This document shows positions 23,480 to 33,251 of a stretch of DNA of 64,000 nucleotides, in pieces. The position numbers were made by a program, and so were the translations under genes. The notes under the pieces were generated by a model. The model saw nothing but the letters and a program-made list of their open reading frames with translations. It did not search any database and was not told the DNA's origin. The stretch's first letter is position 1. The number at the start of each line of letters is the position of its first letter. The stretch is from Candidatus Kapaibacterium sp. Lineage in GTDB: Bacteria > Bacteroidota > Ignavibacteria > Kapaibacteriales > UBA2268. The stretch is taken from positions 2,176,001 through 2,240,000 of the forward strand of contig OY762428.1 in the NCBI GenBank assembly GCA_963665665.1, given 5' to 3'.

Positions 23480-24064
23480 TTGAAGCTTACTTTTTACGCA
23501 CATTTTCCCGGAGGCGGCGGCCGCGTTCCGAGGAAAGAAAATCAACGCCGCCAAAAGATCAATCATGAAATCAGGGCAAAAGAAGTCCGTGTTGTTGAAG
23601 CTGACGGTAAGATGATCGGTATTATGACCCTGTCCTCAGCTTTGAAAAAAGCTCTTGAGCAGGAACTCGACCTTGTGGAAATTGCACCCAAAGCGAATCC
23701 GCCCGTATGTAAAATCATTGATTACGGAAAATTTGCCTACGAGCAGCAAAAAAGGGAAAAAGCACAACGCAAGCAGCAGCAGCAGCAGCAAATGAAGGAG
23801 ATCCGGTTCAAGTGGCGTACCCAGACGCATGATTTCAACTTCAAGGTTCGCCATGCCAAAGACTTTCTTGAAGCAGGCAATAAAGTTAAGGGCAGCGTGA
23901 TGTTCCGTGGCCGCGAGATAACTCACAAGGAAATCGGTAAAGAATTATTAAAGAAATTTGTTGAAGACCTTGCCGATGTTTCCAAGGTTGATTCGCCTAT
24001 TCGGGCCGAGGGCAGATCCATTACTGTTGTACTGGCCCCGGCAAAAACCAAAAAGAAGAAATAA
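23480..24064 (+). CDS. infC: Translation initiation factor IF-3 (non-AUG start, exact start uncertain)
   Basis: INHEIRAKEVRVV, LDLVEIAP..PPVCKIIDYGKF and KVKGSVMFRGRE. No in-frame ATG before the conserved core; TAAATTTG box at 23449-23456. Confidence 0.95.
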   Translation: MKLTFYAHFPGGGGRVPRKENQRRQKINHEIRAKEVRVVEADGKMIGIMTLSSALKKALEQELDLVEIAPKANPPVCKIIDYGKFAYEQQKREKAQRKQQQQQQMKEIRFKWRTQTHDFNFKVRHAKDFLEAGNKVKGSVMFRGREITHKEIGKELLKKFVEDLADVSKVDSPIRAEGRSITVVLAPAKTKKKK

Positions 24065-24164
24065 TCAAAAACTTCTTTGTTATTATTATAAAAATTCCTA
24101 ACTTGCGAATTCCTAAACTTCGCGTTAGGAATTTTTGTTTGTTTAATTAGTCTGGAATAGTGAT

Positions 24165-24362
24165 ATGCCTAAAATGAAAACAAACTGTTCCGCGAAAAAA
24201 AGGTTCAAAAAAACCGGCAGCGGAAAGTTTAAAAGGGAAAAAGCCTATTCGGCTCATATCCTGACTAAGAAGAACCGTAAAAGGAAAAGAAATCTTAAAA
24301 AAGCCACTCTTGTTGATGAAACAAACATGAAGATGGTTAAGAAACTTCTTTGCCAGGGTTAA
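24165..24362 (+). CDS. rpmI: 50S ribosomal protein L35
   Basis: MPKMKT...[14 protein letters not shown]...HILTKK. Confidence 0.97.
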   Translation: MPKMKTNCSAKKRFKKTGSGKFKREKAYSAHILTKKNRKRKRNLKKATLVDETNMKMVKKLLCQG

Positions 24363-24488
24363 TACCTTATGGTTCCTCGTGTCAGCAGTTTGATCATTGA
24401 TAGCCGCAAAAGCGGCAGAATTTAACAAAGGCAAAAGGGGCAAGCGATCTCCCCCCAAGCCGCTTCTAAGAAAAATTCGGAGTAGATA

Positions 24489-24836
24489 ATGCCAAGAGCA
24501 AAAAACAAAGTAGCATCGCACCGCAGACGTAAAAAGTTTCTGAAGTTAGCCAAAGGCTATTGGGGTGCGAGAAAAAATGTCTGGACTGTTGCAAAAAATC
24601 ACATTGAAAAAGGTTTGCAGCACGCCTATGTAGGACGTAAACTGAAAAAACGCAGCTTCAGAAGATTGTGGATTATCAGAATTAACGCCGCTGCCAGAAT
24701 GAACGGAACAACTTATTCTAAATTCATGCACGCGTTGAAAATGAAAAATATCATGATCAACCGCAAGGTACTTGCAGACCTCGCGATGAACCAGCCTGAT
24801 GTTTTCAAGAACATCGTTAACCAGGCAATGAAATAA
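24489..24836 (+). CDS. rplT: 50S ribosomal protein L20
   Basis: AKGYWGAR...[14 protein letters not shown]...NRKVLADLA. Confidence 0.98.
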   Translation: MPRAKNKVASHRRRKKFLKLAKGYWGARKNVWTVAKNHIEKGLQHAYVGRKLKKRSFRRLWIIRINAAARMNGTTYSKFMHALKMKNIMINRKVLADLAMNQPDVFKNIVNQAMK

Positions 24837-24859
24837 AAATCATAGATTTGATTTCGATT

Positions 24860-24886
24860 AAAGGCGCTTATAAAAGCGCCTTTTTT
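24860..24886 (+). terminator. Intrinsic terminator after rplT
   Basis: AAAGGCGCTT...AAGCGCCTTT followed by a T tract. Confidence 0.8.
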
Positions 24887-25091
24887 GTTTTTATTTGGCA
24901 AACAACCCAAACTTTCCCGTAAAATAATACCGGCAATCCGATTGGCCGTGCCGGAAATAAAAATGCCTGTCTGGCCGGGAGTATTTCCGGCAGAGTGGGC
25001 AACAGAACGAAGGCCGGGTATTTCAGATATTTCCCGAAGAAGGATCAGGAATAGTAAAATGTATATCGGAAATAACAAAACTACAGCATTA

Positions 25092-25449
25092 TAAATTTTA
25101 TTGCCTTATGCAATGTTATTATTAAGTATGATTGCAGATTGATATTTGAACATAATAGATTTTTTGTTTAACTTGATTACTTGAATATTGATTATATTTC
25201 TTACAAGTTGTTATGGATGATTCACTATTTACATTAATCCCAAAACGTGTGGATTACAGTGCTTTTTGGGTAGAGATCCGCAAACGCAAGTTTTGTGTGT
25301 GAGCCTAAATTTTATTGCCTTATGCAATGTTATTATTAAGTATGATTGCAGATTGATATGAACATAATAGATTTTTTGTTTAACTTGATTACTTGAGTAC
25401 AAGTTGTTATGGATGATTCACTAACATTAATCCCAAAACGTGTGGATTA
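25092..25449 (+). repeat. Imperfect tandem duplication (copies start at 25092 and 25306) covering the promoter and 5' end of the kinase gene
   Basis: TAAATTTTATTGCCTTATGCAATG...CCCAAAACGTGTGGATTACA occurs twice; the second copy carries several deletions. Confidence 0.9.
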
Positions 25450-26837
25450 CAAGCAAACGTAACCTATGGCTTATTTATCTTCGCTACGGGGCATTTGTTT
25501 TGCTTGCCACTTTAATTTCAGGCCTTATGTTTGTTGATACTTTGAATTCGGGCATTTATGTAGAAACATTTCCTTTGTGGATTATTGCAGTTTCAATATT
25601 TTCTTATAATATTGTATTCCAAAGATTCTGGAAACATCTTTACAAAACACGAAACTGGGAATTGGAAGAGAGCGCCGAATACAGGCGAAGAGGATTTCGA
25701 TCCATGCATTTTGCCCTTATACAGATCTGTACGGACTTTATTGCCTTACTTCTCTTTATATATTTTACCGGTGGTGTGGAAACCCCCCTGTATTTTTTCT
25801 TTATTTTCCACGCTATAATTGGCAGCCTGCTTTTGCCCGGATCCGTAATGAGCGCCATAATTACAGGAACTGTTTTTGTAACTGTTATTGGTGCAGTTCT
25901 CGAGGCCAACGGATTGATCCCGCATCACGCGATAGAAGGATTGCTGCCGGTTCCGCTTTATAATCACAATGTTTATCTTATTATGTATTTTTCTTTTTAC
26001 GTGATAACAATATACCTGAGTATTTATCTGACTAACTCAATTGCTCGCGAACTTTATAACAAACAGAAATCTCTCACTCTTGCATATCGCAGCCTGGAAG
26101 AAGCAAAAGTTTCAAAACAAAGATATGTGATGTCCGTGGTTCATGACCTGAAAACCCCGATTGCAGCAGTTATTACTTACATATCGATGCTCCTTGAAGG
26201 TACATACGGAAATCTGGCAGAAGAATTAAAGCGGCCTCTTGTCAGATCGAAGAAAAGACTTGACAGCGCAATAAATACAATCAATAATATTTTATATATT
26301 TCACAATTAAAGCTGCAAAGTAAAATCGATGAATTGACAGACATTGACCTGGGGCAATTACTTGAAGAAATATATTCTGAAATGGCTATACTTATTAAAT
26401 CAAAGCAAATAGAATATTCCTTCGAGTGCCCGGAAAACCATACTGTTGTGATGAAAGCAGAACGCAAGCTGATGAAACTTGCCCTTTCGAACATGGTTTC
26501 AAATGCATATAAATATACCGAAGCAGGAGGCCGGATAAAAGTGGCGATCTATGATGATGAAAATTCAATTCAACTATTGTTTGCTGATAGCGGTATAGGT
26601 ATTCCCGAAAACGAAAAGAACAAAATATTTCAGGATTTTTACCGCTCAAGTATATCAAAAAGCAAAGGTATAGAGGGCACCGGGCTTGGAATTTCAATTG
26701 TGGTAGAGGTAATAGAAAGATATCGTGGAAAAATCGAGATCAAATCTCCTTCAGGGCTGTCGATGGGAGAAAACAAACCCGGAACCGAGTTTTTAATTAA
26801 ATTTCCCAAGGCTAAAAAATTAAATAAAAAAGCATGA
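25440..26837 (+). CDS. Membrane sensor histidine kinase (true N-terminus disrupted by the duplication)
   Basis: About 5-6 TM helices, H-box VVHDLKTPI, NMVSNAYKYT, DSGIGIP and GTGLGISIV. Confidence 0.9.
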   Translation: MWITSKRNLWLIYLRYGAFVLLATLISGLMFVDTLNSGIYVETFPLWIIAVSIFSYNIVFQRFWKHLYKTRNWELEESAEYRRRGFRSMHFALIQICTDFIALLLFIYFTGGVETPLYFFFIFHAIIGSLLLPGSVMSAIITGTVFVTVIGAVLEANGLIPHHAIEGLLPVPLYNHNVYLIMYFSFYVITIYLSIYLTNSIARELYNKQKSLTLAYRSLEEAKVSKQRYVMSVVHDLKTPIAAVITYISMLLEGTYGNLAEELKRPLVRSKKRLDSAINTINNILYISQLKLQSKIDELTDIDLGQLLEEIYSEMAILIKSKQIEYSFECPENHTVVMKAERKLMKLALSNMVSNAYKYTEAGGRIKVAIYDDENSIQLLFADSGIGIPENEKNKIFQDFYRSSISKSKGIEGTGLGISIVVEVIERYRGKIEIKSPSGLSMGENKPGTEFLIKFPKAKKLNKKA

Positions 26838-26931
26838 TCCGAACAAAATTATTTTTAAAAAAGTCGAATTATTTTAAAATAGTTCTTGCAGAATATTTTA
26901 AATAGTCATATATTTGTATTCGTTCTTTCAG

Positions 26932-27004
26932 GCCACAATAGCTCAGTTGGTAGAGCAGCTGATTTGTAATCAGCAGGCCGGCGGTTCGAGTCCGTCTTGT
27001 GGCT
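26932..27004 (+). tRNA. tRNA-Thr(UGU), CCA not encoded
   Basis: GCCACAA/TTGTGGC acceptor stem, D arm AGCTCAGTTGGTAGAGC, anticodon loop TTGTAA with TGT, and T arm GGTTCGAGTCC. TATATTTG promoter box at 26909-26916. Confidence 0.97.
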
Positions 27005-27009
27005 CAAAC

Positions 27010-27042
27010 AAAAGCTGTTTCATCTTTGAAACGGCTTTTTTG
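27010..27042 (+). terminator. Terminator after tRNA-Thr
   Basis: AAAAGCTGTTTCA...TGAAACGGCTTTTTT. Confidence 0.7.
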
Positions 27043-27160
27043 TGTTTTGTTTGTAAGCCTTCCTGATAATGAAAATATTTAAGAAAGTATAAACAAAATT
27101 TGCTGAACCGGATTGAAGAGAAAATGCCGAATCTCTTTCTTCAATATTTGGGATTGCCCC

Positions 27161-28657
27161 CTACTTCACATAAATTATCTTGCCGGATGCGGTTCCGGCG
27201 CCGGATTTTATTTTGTAATAGTAAACACCCGAGGGCAGGTTTTCGGGTTTGAATGTTACTTTGTTATTTCCGGCATTCATAAACTCTTTAACCGACATCA
27301 GTATATTGCCCGGCTCGTCAAAAACTTCGACTGTTACTTCCCCGGCTGCTTCCAATGTGAAGTTGATATCAGTGGAACTGTAGAAAGGATTGGGGCTAGC
27401 AGAGGATGTTATATTCTGTACCGTCGGTTCGGGCTCGGGCACGATCTTACCCCATTCTATTTCTATTTTGCTAAAATTATTAACTGCAAAAAAGTTTCCG
27501 TAATCATCCTCGAATTCAAATTTATTTGGGGACCGTTGTTCTTCCCATGTATTAATTGCTTTATATTCATAAATGAAAGTTGTTAGCTTATTATCCTTGT
27601 TATATTCTTTTTTTTCTCGTTCCTTTTCTATCAATCCATCTCTGCTCCAAACAGAAGTAATTTTGGAGCAATGATTATTTCTTTCATCATATTCATTTAC
27701 TATTTTTTCCTTGATACACCATTCTTGATTTCTCCAATTCCATGTTTTATGTAATTTTTCGATTAAGTTAATATTATCATCATATTTATATTGTATGCTG
27801 TCAACTCCCTTGCCATCCTGATAACTCTCAAGTAATCCTTTAAGTTCAGTAATTAAATTAAATTTATCATCATAAATATAAGTAACTTTCTCATCAAACC
27901 AATCATTCAAATTGAAATCAATAATTTTAATATTAATTTTTCCATATTGGTTGTATGAATAATATATATCACAATTTTCTGAAGCTGATGTATCTTTCTC
28001 AAAAATTTTGCGATTTAAAGAATCATATTTATATGATTTTTTGTGATTAAATTCCCATTTAGCATCATTATAACTTTCAAGTAAATCTGAAATTTTATTT
28101 CCCTGATTATCATAAACAATAGTATTTTTCCATTCAAGAAGCAGATTATTGATCCCATAGGGGTATTCTTTCAATAGTTTACTATTGATTCGATTATCCT
28201 TGTCGTATGAAAAAATGACAGACTTTACAGTAATCCAGTTTCCTTTTTTCAGCTCCTTATAATCCCATTTCAGAACTTTGCCTTTGTCATCATAAGTAAT
28301 AACCATCCTGTTCAATTCTTCCCACTTATCATTATTGAGAACTAATTTGGAAGCGCTTACAATCTTATTATTCCGGTTATAAGTAAAAAACAGTTTTGAT
28401 GACAATTCGGAAGTTCGATATATATTTATAGAATTAATGCCAATTGAATCTGAATTGCTATTTTCTGTTTTACTATTTTCTGAAGTTTCCGTATTTACTA
28501 TAAAATACATATTAGCCGATTGCCAAAAATATCCATTCCACTTTAGTACTCCAAATTCCAGATTGTCTTCCAGGATTATCTCTTTATTATGGTTGATGGC
28601 AAATAATGAGCAGCTAAATGTAAAAAGCAGGATAATGACAGGCAGGTAAATTTTCAT
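27161..28657 (-). CDS. Secreted protein with YD/'YxYD'-type beta-strand repeats and a T9SS type-A CTD
   Basis: Signal peptide, repeats such as ITYDDKG/SYDKDNR/YKYDSLNR, and a CTD SASPNPF...LPSGVYYYKI...KIIYVK. Confidence 0.8.
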   Translation of the reverse strand: MKIYLPVIILLFTFSCSLFAINHNKEIILEDNLEFGVLKWNGYFWQSANMYFIVNTETSENSKTENSNSDSIGINSINIYRTSELSSKLFFTYNRNNKIVSASKLVLNNDKWEELNRMVITYDDKGKVLKWDYKELKKGNWITVKSVIFSYDKDNRINSKLLKEYPYGINNLLLEWKNTIVYDNQGNKISDLLESYNDAKWEFNHKKSYKYDSLNRKIFEKDTSASENCDIYYSYNQYGKINIKIIDFNLNDWFDEKVTYIYDDKFNLITELKGLLESYQDGKGVDSIQYKYDDNINLIEKLHKTWNWRNQEWCIKEKIVNEYDERNNHCSKITSVWSRDGLIEKEREKKEYNKDNKLTTFIYEYKAINTWEEQRSPNKFEFEDDYGNFFAVNNFSKIEIEWGKIVPEPEPTVQNITSSASPNPFYSSTDINFTLEAAGEVTVEVFDEPGNILMSVKEFMNAGNNKVTFKPENLPSGVYYYKIKSGAGTASGKIIYVK

Positions 28658-28844
28658 TTTCTTTCCGGTTAACTAATAAATCCTCTGATGCCTGTAATTT
28701 AATAATGGTTTTGCTTTCTAACAAATGGAAATCAGATAAATATTTCAAGGCATAAGGCTGCAAAATACATAAATGTATTATTTTCGGGCTAATTTGATTA
28801 TTTTTGTAGTCAGTATGATTTTACATTTTTTATGAAAGCCGGCA

Positions 28845-30017
28845 ATGCAATACGGAAGAATTCAACTCGACAGGATAAAACTACAGGCAAAAGAAGTAAA
28901 AGAAAATAAAGACGGTATCCTTTACCTTGTTTCTACTCCCATTGGAAATGACGACGATATAACACTCAGGGCGCTGAATATATTAAATTCCTGCGACCTT
29001 GTGGTTTGTGAGGAAATCAAGGTCGGGGCGAAAATCCTGCACAGCTATAAAATATCCAAACCGCTCGAAGAACTGAACGAGCAGAATGAAGATATTATGG
29101 CTTTCACTGTTATAGATATGGTAAAATCCGGCAAAAAGATTGCCCTGATATCCGATTGCGGAACACCTGTTTTCGAGGATCCTGGCGCTTTCCTGGTGAA
29201 ACAGGCCCTGCAGAGGGAACTTGACGTCCGCGTAATTCCCGGCGTAACAAGTATTATGACCGCACTGGTTCGCAGCGGTTTCGACATCAAACGTTTCCTT
29301 TATGCCGGTTTCCTTAGCCGCAAACCCGAAGAACGACTGAAAGAACTCGGAATTCTTTCCCGCGAACGCCGCACTGTTTGTCTGCTGGAAACTCCCTACA
29401 GACTGATGCCCGTACTTGAAGCCGCAGCGGAAGTAATGCCGGACCGACAGGCATATCTCGGAGCAAACCTAACCATGCACTACGAAACCCACCACTACGG
29501 AACATTCAAAGAACTGTTTGAAAAATTCCAGGATAAAAAATTCAAGGGCGAATTCGTTATCTGCTTCGAGCAGAATCGTATTGACCGAGGCGGCAGATTC
29601 AGCAACAGGGGCAGGAAAGATTACGACAGGAAAGCCCCCGGCAGAGACAGGTACGACTCTCCGAAGAAAAGATTCGGCGGAAAGCCCGGAAAGCCTTACA
29701 ATAAGGACAGACGCTTCAGGAACGACGACAGGCGGAATGATGATAACGAAGGCGGATGGGAGAAAAGATTCAAAAGAAAAGATAATGACCGCCGTGATTC
29801 CGGCAAACGCGATTTCGGACGCGGAGATTCAGGCAGGAGGGATTATAATAAGAAAGATTTTAGCAGGAATGATTCGGGTAGAAGAGACTTTGACAAGAGA
29901 GAATTTGGCAGAAAAGACTTTGACAGGAAAGATTCCGGAAAGAAAGACTCCGGCAAACGTGATTTCGGACCACGTAACTTCGGAAGGAAACCGAGGGGCG
30001 GCGGAGAAGACAGTTAA
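28845..30017 (+). CDS. rsmI: 16S rRNA (cytidine-2'-O)-methyltransferase RsmI with a long R/K/D/G-rich C-terminal tail
   Basis: LYLVSTPIGN..DITLRAL, ISDCGTP..DPG, GFLSRK, ETPYRL and KGEFVI. Confidence 0.93.
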   Translation: MQYGRIQLDRIKLQAKEVKENKDGILYLVSTPIGNDDDITLRALNILNSCDLVVCEEIKVGAKILHSYKISKPLEELNEQNEDIMAFTVIDMVKSGKKIALISDCGTPVFEDPGAFLVKQALQRELDVRVIPGVTSIMTALVRSGFDIKRFLYAGFLSRKPEERLKELGILSRERRTVCLLETPYRLMPVLEAAAEVMPDRQAYLGANLTMHYETHHYGTFKELFEKFQDKKFKGEFVICFEQNRIDRGGRFSNRGRKDYDRKAPGRDRYDSPKKRFGGKPGKPYNKDRRFRNDDRRNDDNEGGWEKRFKRKDNDRRDSGKRDFGRGDSGRRDYNKKDFSRNDSGRRDFDKREFGRKDFDRKDSGKKDSGKRDFGPRNFGRKPRGGGEDS

Positions 30018-30135
30018 ATCAGCCAAATTGCCATAAATAAAAAATATTCTGGAATTACCTATCCCGGGCAGGGCCTGGGATAGAGTTAATATTATTATGT
30101 CGCAGGGGGTATCACTCTGTTCTAAAAAGCAGCAA

Positions 30136-30280
30136 TTCTGAGAGCAGCGAAGAACCAATTCTTCAATAATTCTTTAAGAAGAAGATCGATTCTTCAGTCG
30201 CAGGCTTCGGAAGCCTGCCCCTGCCTGCACCAGCTTGTCCCGATTAATCGGGAATTTATCGGTGACCCGTCGGGGAATGA
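30136..30280. repeat. Cluster of REP-like palindromic fragments
   Basis: ATTCTGAGAGCAGCGAAGAA...GATTCTTC and CAGCTTGTCCCGATTAATCGGGAA. Related motifs recur at 37520-37790. Confidence 0.55.
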
Positions 30281-30596
30281 TATTTCTATGTTTTTTCTTA
30301 AAAATTTTAAACCATCTGAGTGAATACTATTTTGATTATCGTTTCAACTGTTTCTGCCACCACTACCAATCATGATTATGTCCGCATCTATTCTTCCATA
30401 AACCAATTAAAACGTGGATTTTTCGATCCGGGGCAATGAGTTCCCGAGTATAGACGTATTGCATATTTCATCCATCCTGCAATAAAAAATACTCTTAAAG
30501 ATTAAATATTTTTTATTTTCTCTGAAAATTGAGCTAAATTTAAAACTTTGATAGAATTAAATATATAAATAGTTTTTATTACGGAGTTTATAATAC

Positions 30597-31868
30597 ATGA
30601 AAATATCTGTTCTCGGACTTGGCTACGTAGGGTTGCCGCTGGCATGCGCCATTGCTGCATCAGATAAATATGAAGTTAAGGGATTCGACCTGAGCAAGGC
30701 AAAAATTGATATGATCAGGGAAGGCAAATGCCCGATTGATGATGTCCGCTGCGAAGAAGATATGAAAAATGTGAAATTTGAAGTTTCGAACGATGATAAT
30801 GTTATCGATGGTTCGGATTTTTATATAGTTTGCGTGCCTACCCCGGTGCTGAACGATTACACGCCTGATCTTACTCCCGTTCGCTCGGCTGTAAAGATCA
30901 TTGCAAAATATCTTGCAAAGGGCCAGATTGTAATTATCGAATCTACTATCAACCCCGGTGTTTGTGATGAAATAGTTGTTCCTATTCTTGAAAAAGAAAC
31001 AGGCATGAAAGCCGGCGAGGATTTCGACGTGGCTCACTGCCCGGAACGAATAAACCCCGGCGACCCGAAATGGAATGTTTATAATATACCCCGTAATATC
31101 GGCTCTACAAGGCCCGAAGCTACCAAAAAGGCAGCAGAACTTTACAGGGACGTTCTTGAAGGTGAAATCAACGAGATGAAAGACCTTAAAACAACCGAAG
31201 CTACGAAGATTATCGAAAATACTTTCCGCGATATCAATATTGCTTTCGTGAACGAGCTTGCAAGGTCATTCGATGTACTGGATATAGACCTCGTGGAGGT
31301 TATACGCGGAGCATCAAATAAACCTTTTGCGTTTATGCCTCACTTCCCGAGCTGCGGAGTTGGCGGGCATTGCATACCGGTTGATCCATACTACCTGATT
31401 GAAAGAGCCAAGCAGAGCGGTTTCGACCATAAATTCCTGAAACTGGCAAGAGAAATCAATAACTCAATGCCGGACTATACAATAAAGCTGCTGTCAAAAG
31501 CGCTGAACGATCATGAAAAACCTATCAAAGGCACGAAAATCGGCCTTCTCGGGCTTTCATACAAAGCAGACGTTGGCGATTTAAGGGAAAGCCCCTCTCT
31601 GAAAATAATAGAGCTGCTGAAAGAAAACGGCGCCGACCTGGAAATTTATGATCCTTATGTTACAGATATGAATACATGCGCCAGCCTTGAGCAGATTCTT
31701 GAAAAATCTTACGCTATTGTTCTTGCAACTGACCATCGGATTTTCAGGGCTATTGACGCTGAAAAACTAAAACAGGCAGATGTTAAAGTTGTGATCGACG
31801 GTAAAAACTGCCTTAATAAAAAGGAACTCATCAATAATGATATATTTTATAAAGGAATCGGACACTAA
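30597..31868 (+). CDS. UDP-N-acetylhexosamine 6-dehydrogenase (WbpA/WecC family nucleotide-sugar dehydrogenase)
   Basis: GLGYVGLP, CVPTP, ESTINPG, PERINPG, GGHCIPVDP and YKADVGDLRESP. Confidence 0.93.
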   Translation: MKISVLGLGYVGLPLACAIAASDKYEVKGFDLSKAKIDMIREGKCPIDDVRCEEDMKNVKFEVSNDDNVIDGSDFYIVCVPTPVLNDYTPDLTPVRSAVKIIAKYLAKGQIVIIESTINPGVCDEIVVPILEKETGMKAGEDFDVAHCPERINPGDPKWNVYNIPRNIGSTRPEATKKAAELYRDVLEGEINEMKDLKTTEATKIIENTFRDINIAFVNELARSFDVLDIDLVEVIRGASNKPFAFMPHFPSCGVGGHCIPVDPYYLIERAKQSGFDHKFLKLAREINNSMPDYTIKLLSKALNDHEKPIKGTKIGLLGLSYKADVGDLRESPSLKIIELLKENGADLEIYDPYVTDMNTCASLEQILEKSYAIVLATDHRIFRAIDAEKLKQADVKVVIDGKNCLNKKELINNDIFYKGIGH

Positions 31869-31880
31869 TACGGAGACCAA

Positions 31881-32990
31881 ATGAATTTCATCGATCTTAA
31901 ACGGCAATATTCCGAAATTGAGAATATCGTTAAGGAAAATATCAACAATGTTCTGGAGCACGGCCGCTATATCATGGGCCCGGAAATCACTGAACTTGAA
32001 GAATTACTTGCAAAATATTCCGGCAGAAAGCATTGTCTGGCATGCGCATCCGGTACAGACGCACTGCTTATGCCGCTTATGGCCTGGGAAATAGGCCCCG
32101 GCGATGCCGTATTCACAAGTCCTTTCACATTTATTGCCACTGCGGAAGTTGTGGGCCTGGTTGGCGCTACACCCGTTTTCGCCGATATTGACGAAAAAAC
32201 ATATAATATCGACCCGGTAAAACTGGAAGAAGCAATTATTAAAACAAAAGAAGAAGGCAAGCTAACCCCAAAAGCTATTATTCCCGTTGATTTGTTCGGA
32301 CTACCGGCAGATTATGACGCTATTCTTGCAATAGCTGATAAATACGGGCTGGTCGTTCTTGAAGACGCGGCTCAGGGATTCGGGGGAATCTACAAAGGTA
32401 AAAAGGCATGCAGCTTCGGACAGGTCTCGGCAACATCCTTCTTCCCGGCAAAGCCTCTCGGCTGCTACGGCGACGGCGGAGCTGTCTTTACAGATGACGA
32501 CGATATGAAAGAAAAGCTCGAATCCATCAGGGTTCACGGCCAGGGCCCGGACAAATATACAAATATCCGCCTGGGGCTGAACGGCAGGATAGATTCCATT
32601 CAGGCAGGAGTACTGCTTGCCAAAATGACAATATTCGACAAAGAAGGCGAACTCAGGAACAAGGTTGCTGCAAAATATACCGAAGCACTTAAAGGCAAAG
32701 TTGTTACACCTACAGTTCCCGAAGGATATACTTCGGTTTGGGCGCAGTATTGCGTGCTGGCCGACAGTGCCGAACAGAGAAAAGAAATCCAGGCAAAGCT
32801 TGGGGAAAACAATATTCCAAGCGCTATCTATTATCCCATACCGCTGCACATGCAGGAAGCTTTTGCCAGCCTGGGATATAATAAAGGAGATTTACCTGTA
32901 TCGGAAGCAGCGGCAGAAAGAATATTCGCCTTGCCAATGCATCCCTACCTGACAGATGAAGAAATCAACCAGATAGCCGAAGTTATATAA
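31881..32990 (+). CDS. DegT/DnrJ/EryC1/StrS aminotransferase (WbpE-like)
   Basis: SGTDAL, EDAAQGFG and SFFPAKPLGCYGDGG. Confidence 0.93.
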   Translation: MNFIDLKRQYSEIENIVKENINNVLEHGRYIMGPEITELEELLAKYSGRKHCLACASGTDALLMPLMAWEIGPGDAVFTSPFTFIATAEVVGLVGATPVFADIDEKTYNIDPVKLEEAIIKTKEEGKLTPKAIIPVDLFGLPADYDAILAIADKYGLVVLEDAAQGFGGIYKGKKACSFGQVSATSFFPAKPLGCYGDGGAVFTDDDDMKEKLESIRVHGQGPDKYTNIRLGLNGRIDSIQAGVLLAKMTIFDKEGELRNKVAAKYTEALKGKVVTPTVPEGYTSVWAQYCVLADSAEQRKEIQAKLGENNIPSAIYYPIPLHMQEAFASLGYNKGDLPVSEAAAERIFALPMHPYLTDEEINQIAEVI

Positions 32991-33015
32991 TCTTTCCAGC
33001 GTAATTCCTATATTT

Positions 33016-33056
33016 ATTCATCCGATGACTTTAAGTTATCGGATGAATTTTTTTTA
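33016..33056. repeat. REP-like palindrome that may double as a terminator
   Basis: ATTCATCCGATGACTTTAAGTTATCGGATGAAT plus a T tract. A sister copy lies at ~59036-59070 and a half copy at ~21745-21763. Confidence 0.7.
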
Positions 33057-33251
33057 CAGTACTGATAATTAATATGGCGAAGGACAATAATTTTAACTTT
33101 TTCCTGCCTGCATTGCCCCGGTGCGGTAATTGTCACAATATTAATAGATAGATCGGAAGATAACGCCTGCTACTTCCCCGATTAATCCAAATCATTGCCT
33201 GCAGTGAGAAAGTCTTTAAACCTCAGATTCTTAGGATTGAAAATAAGAAAT

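Noticed and set aside
24713-25094. ORFs 24885-25094 (+) and 24713-25078 (-) after rplT
   Set aside because: They overlap the terminator or rplT, have weak starts and show no recognisable motifs.
26932-28700. tRNA-anchored integrative element
   Set aside because: No integrase and no duplicated tRNA 3' end (attR) seen in the window.
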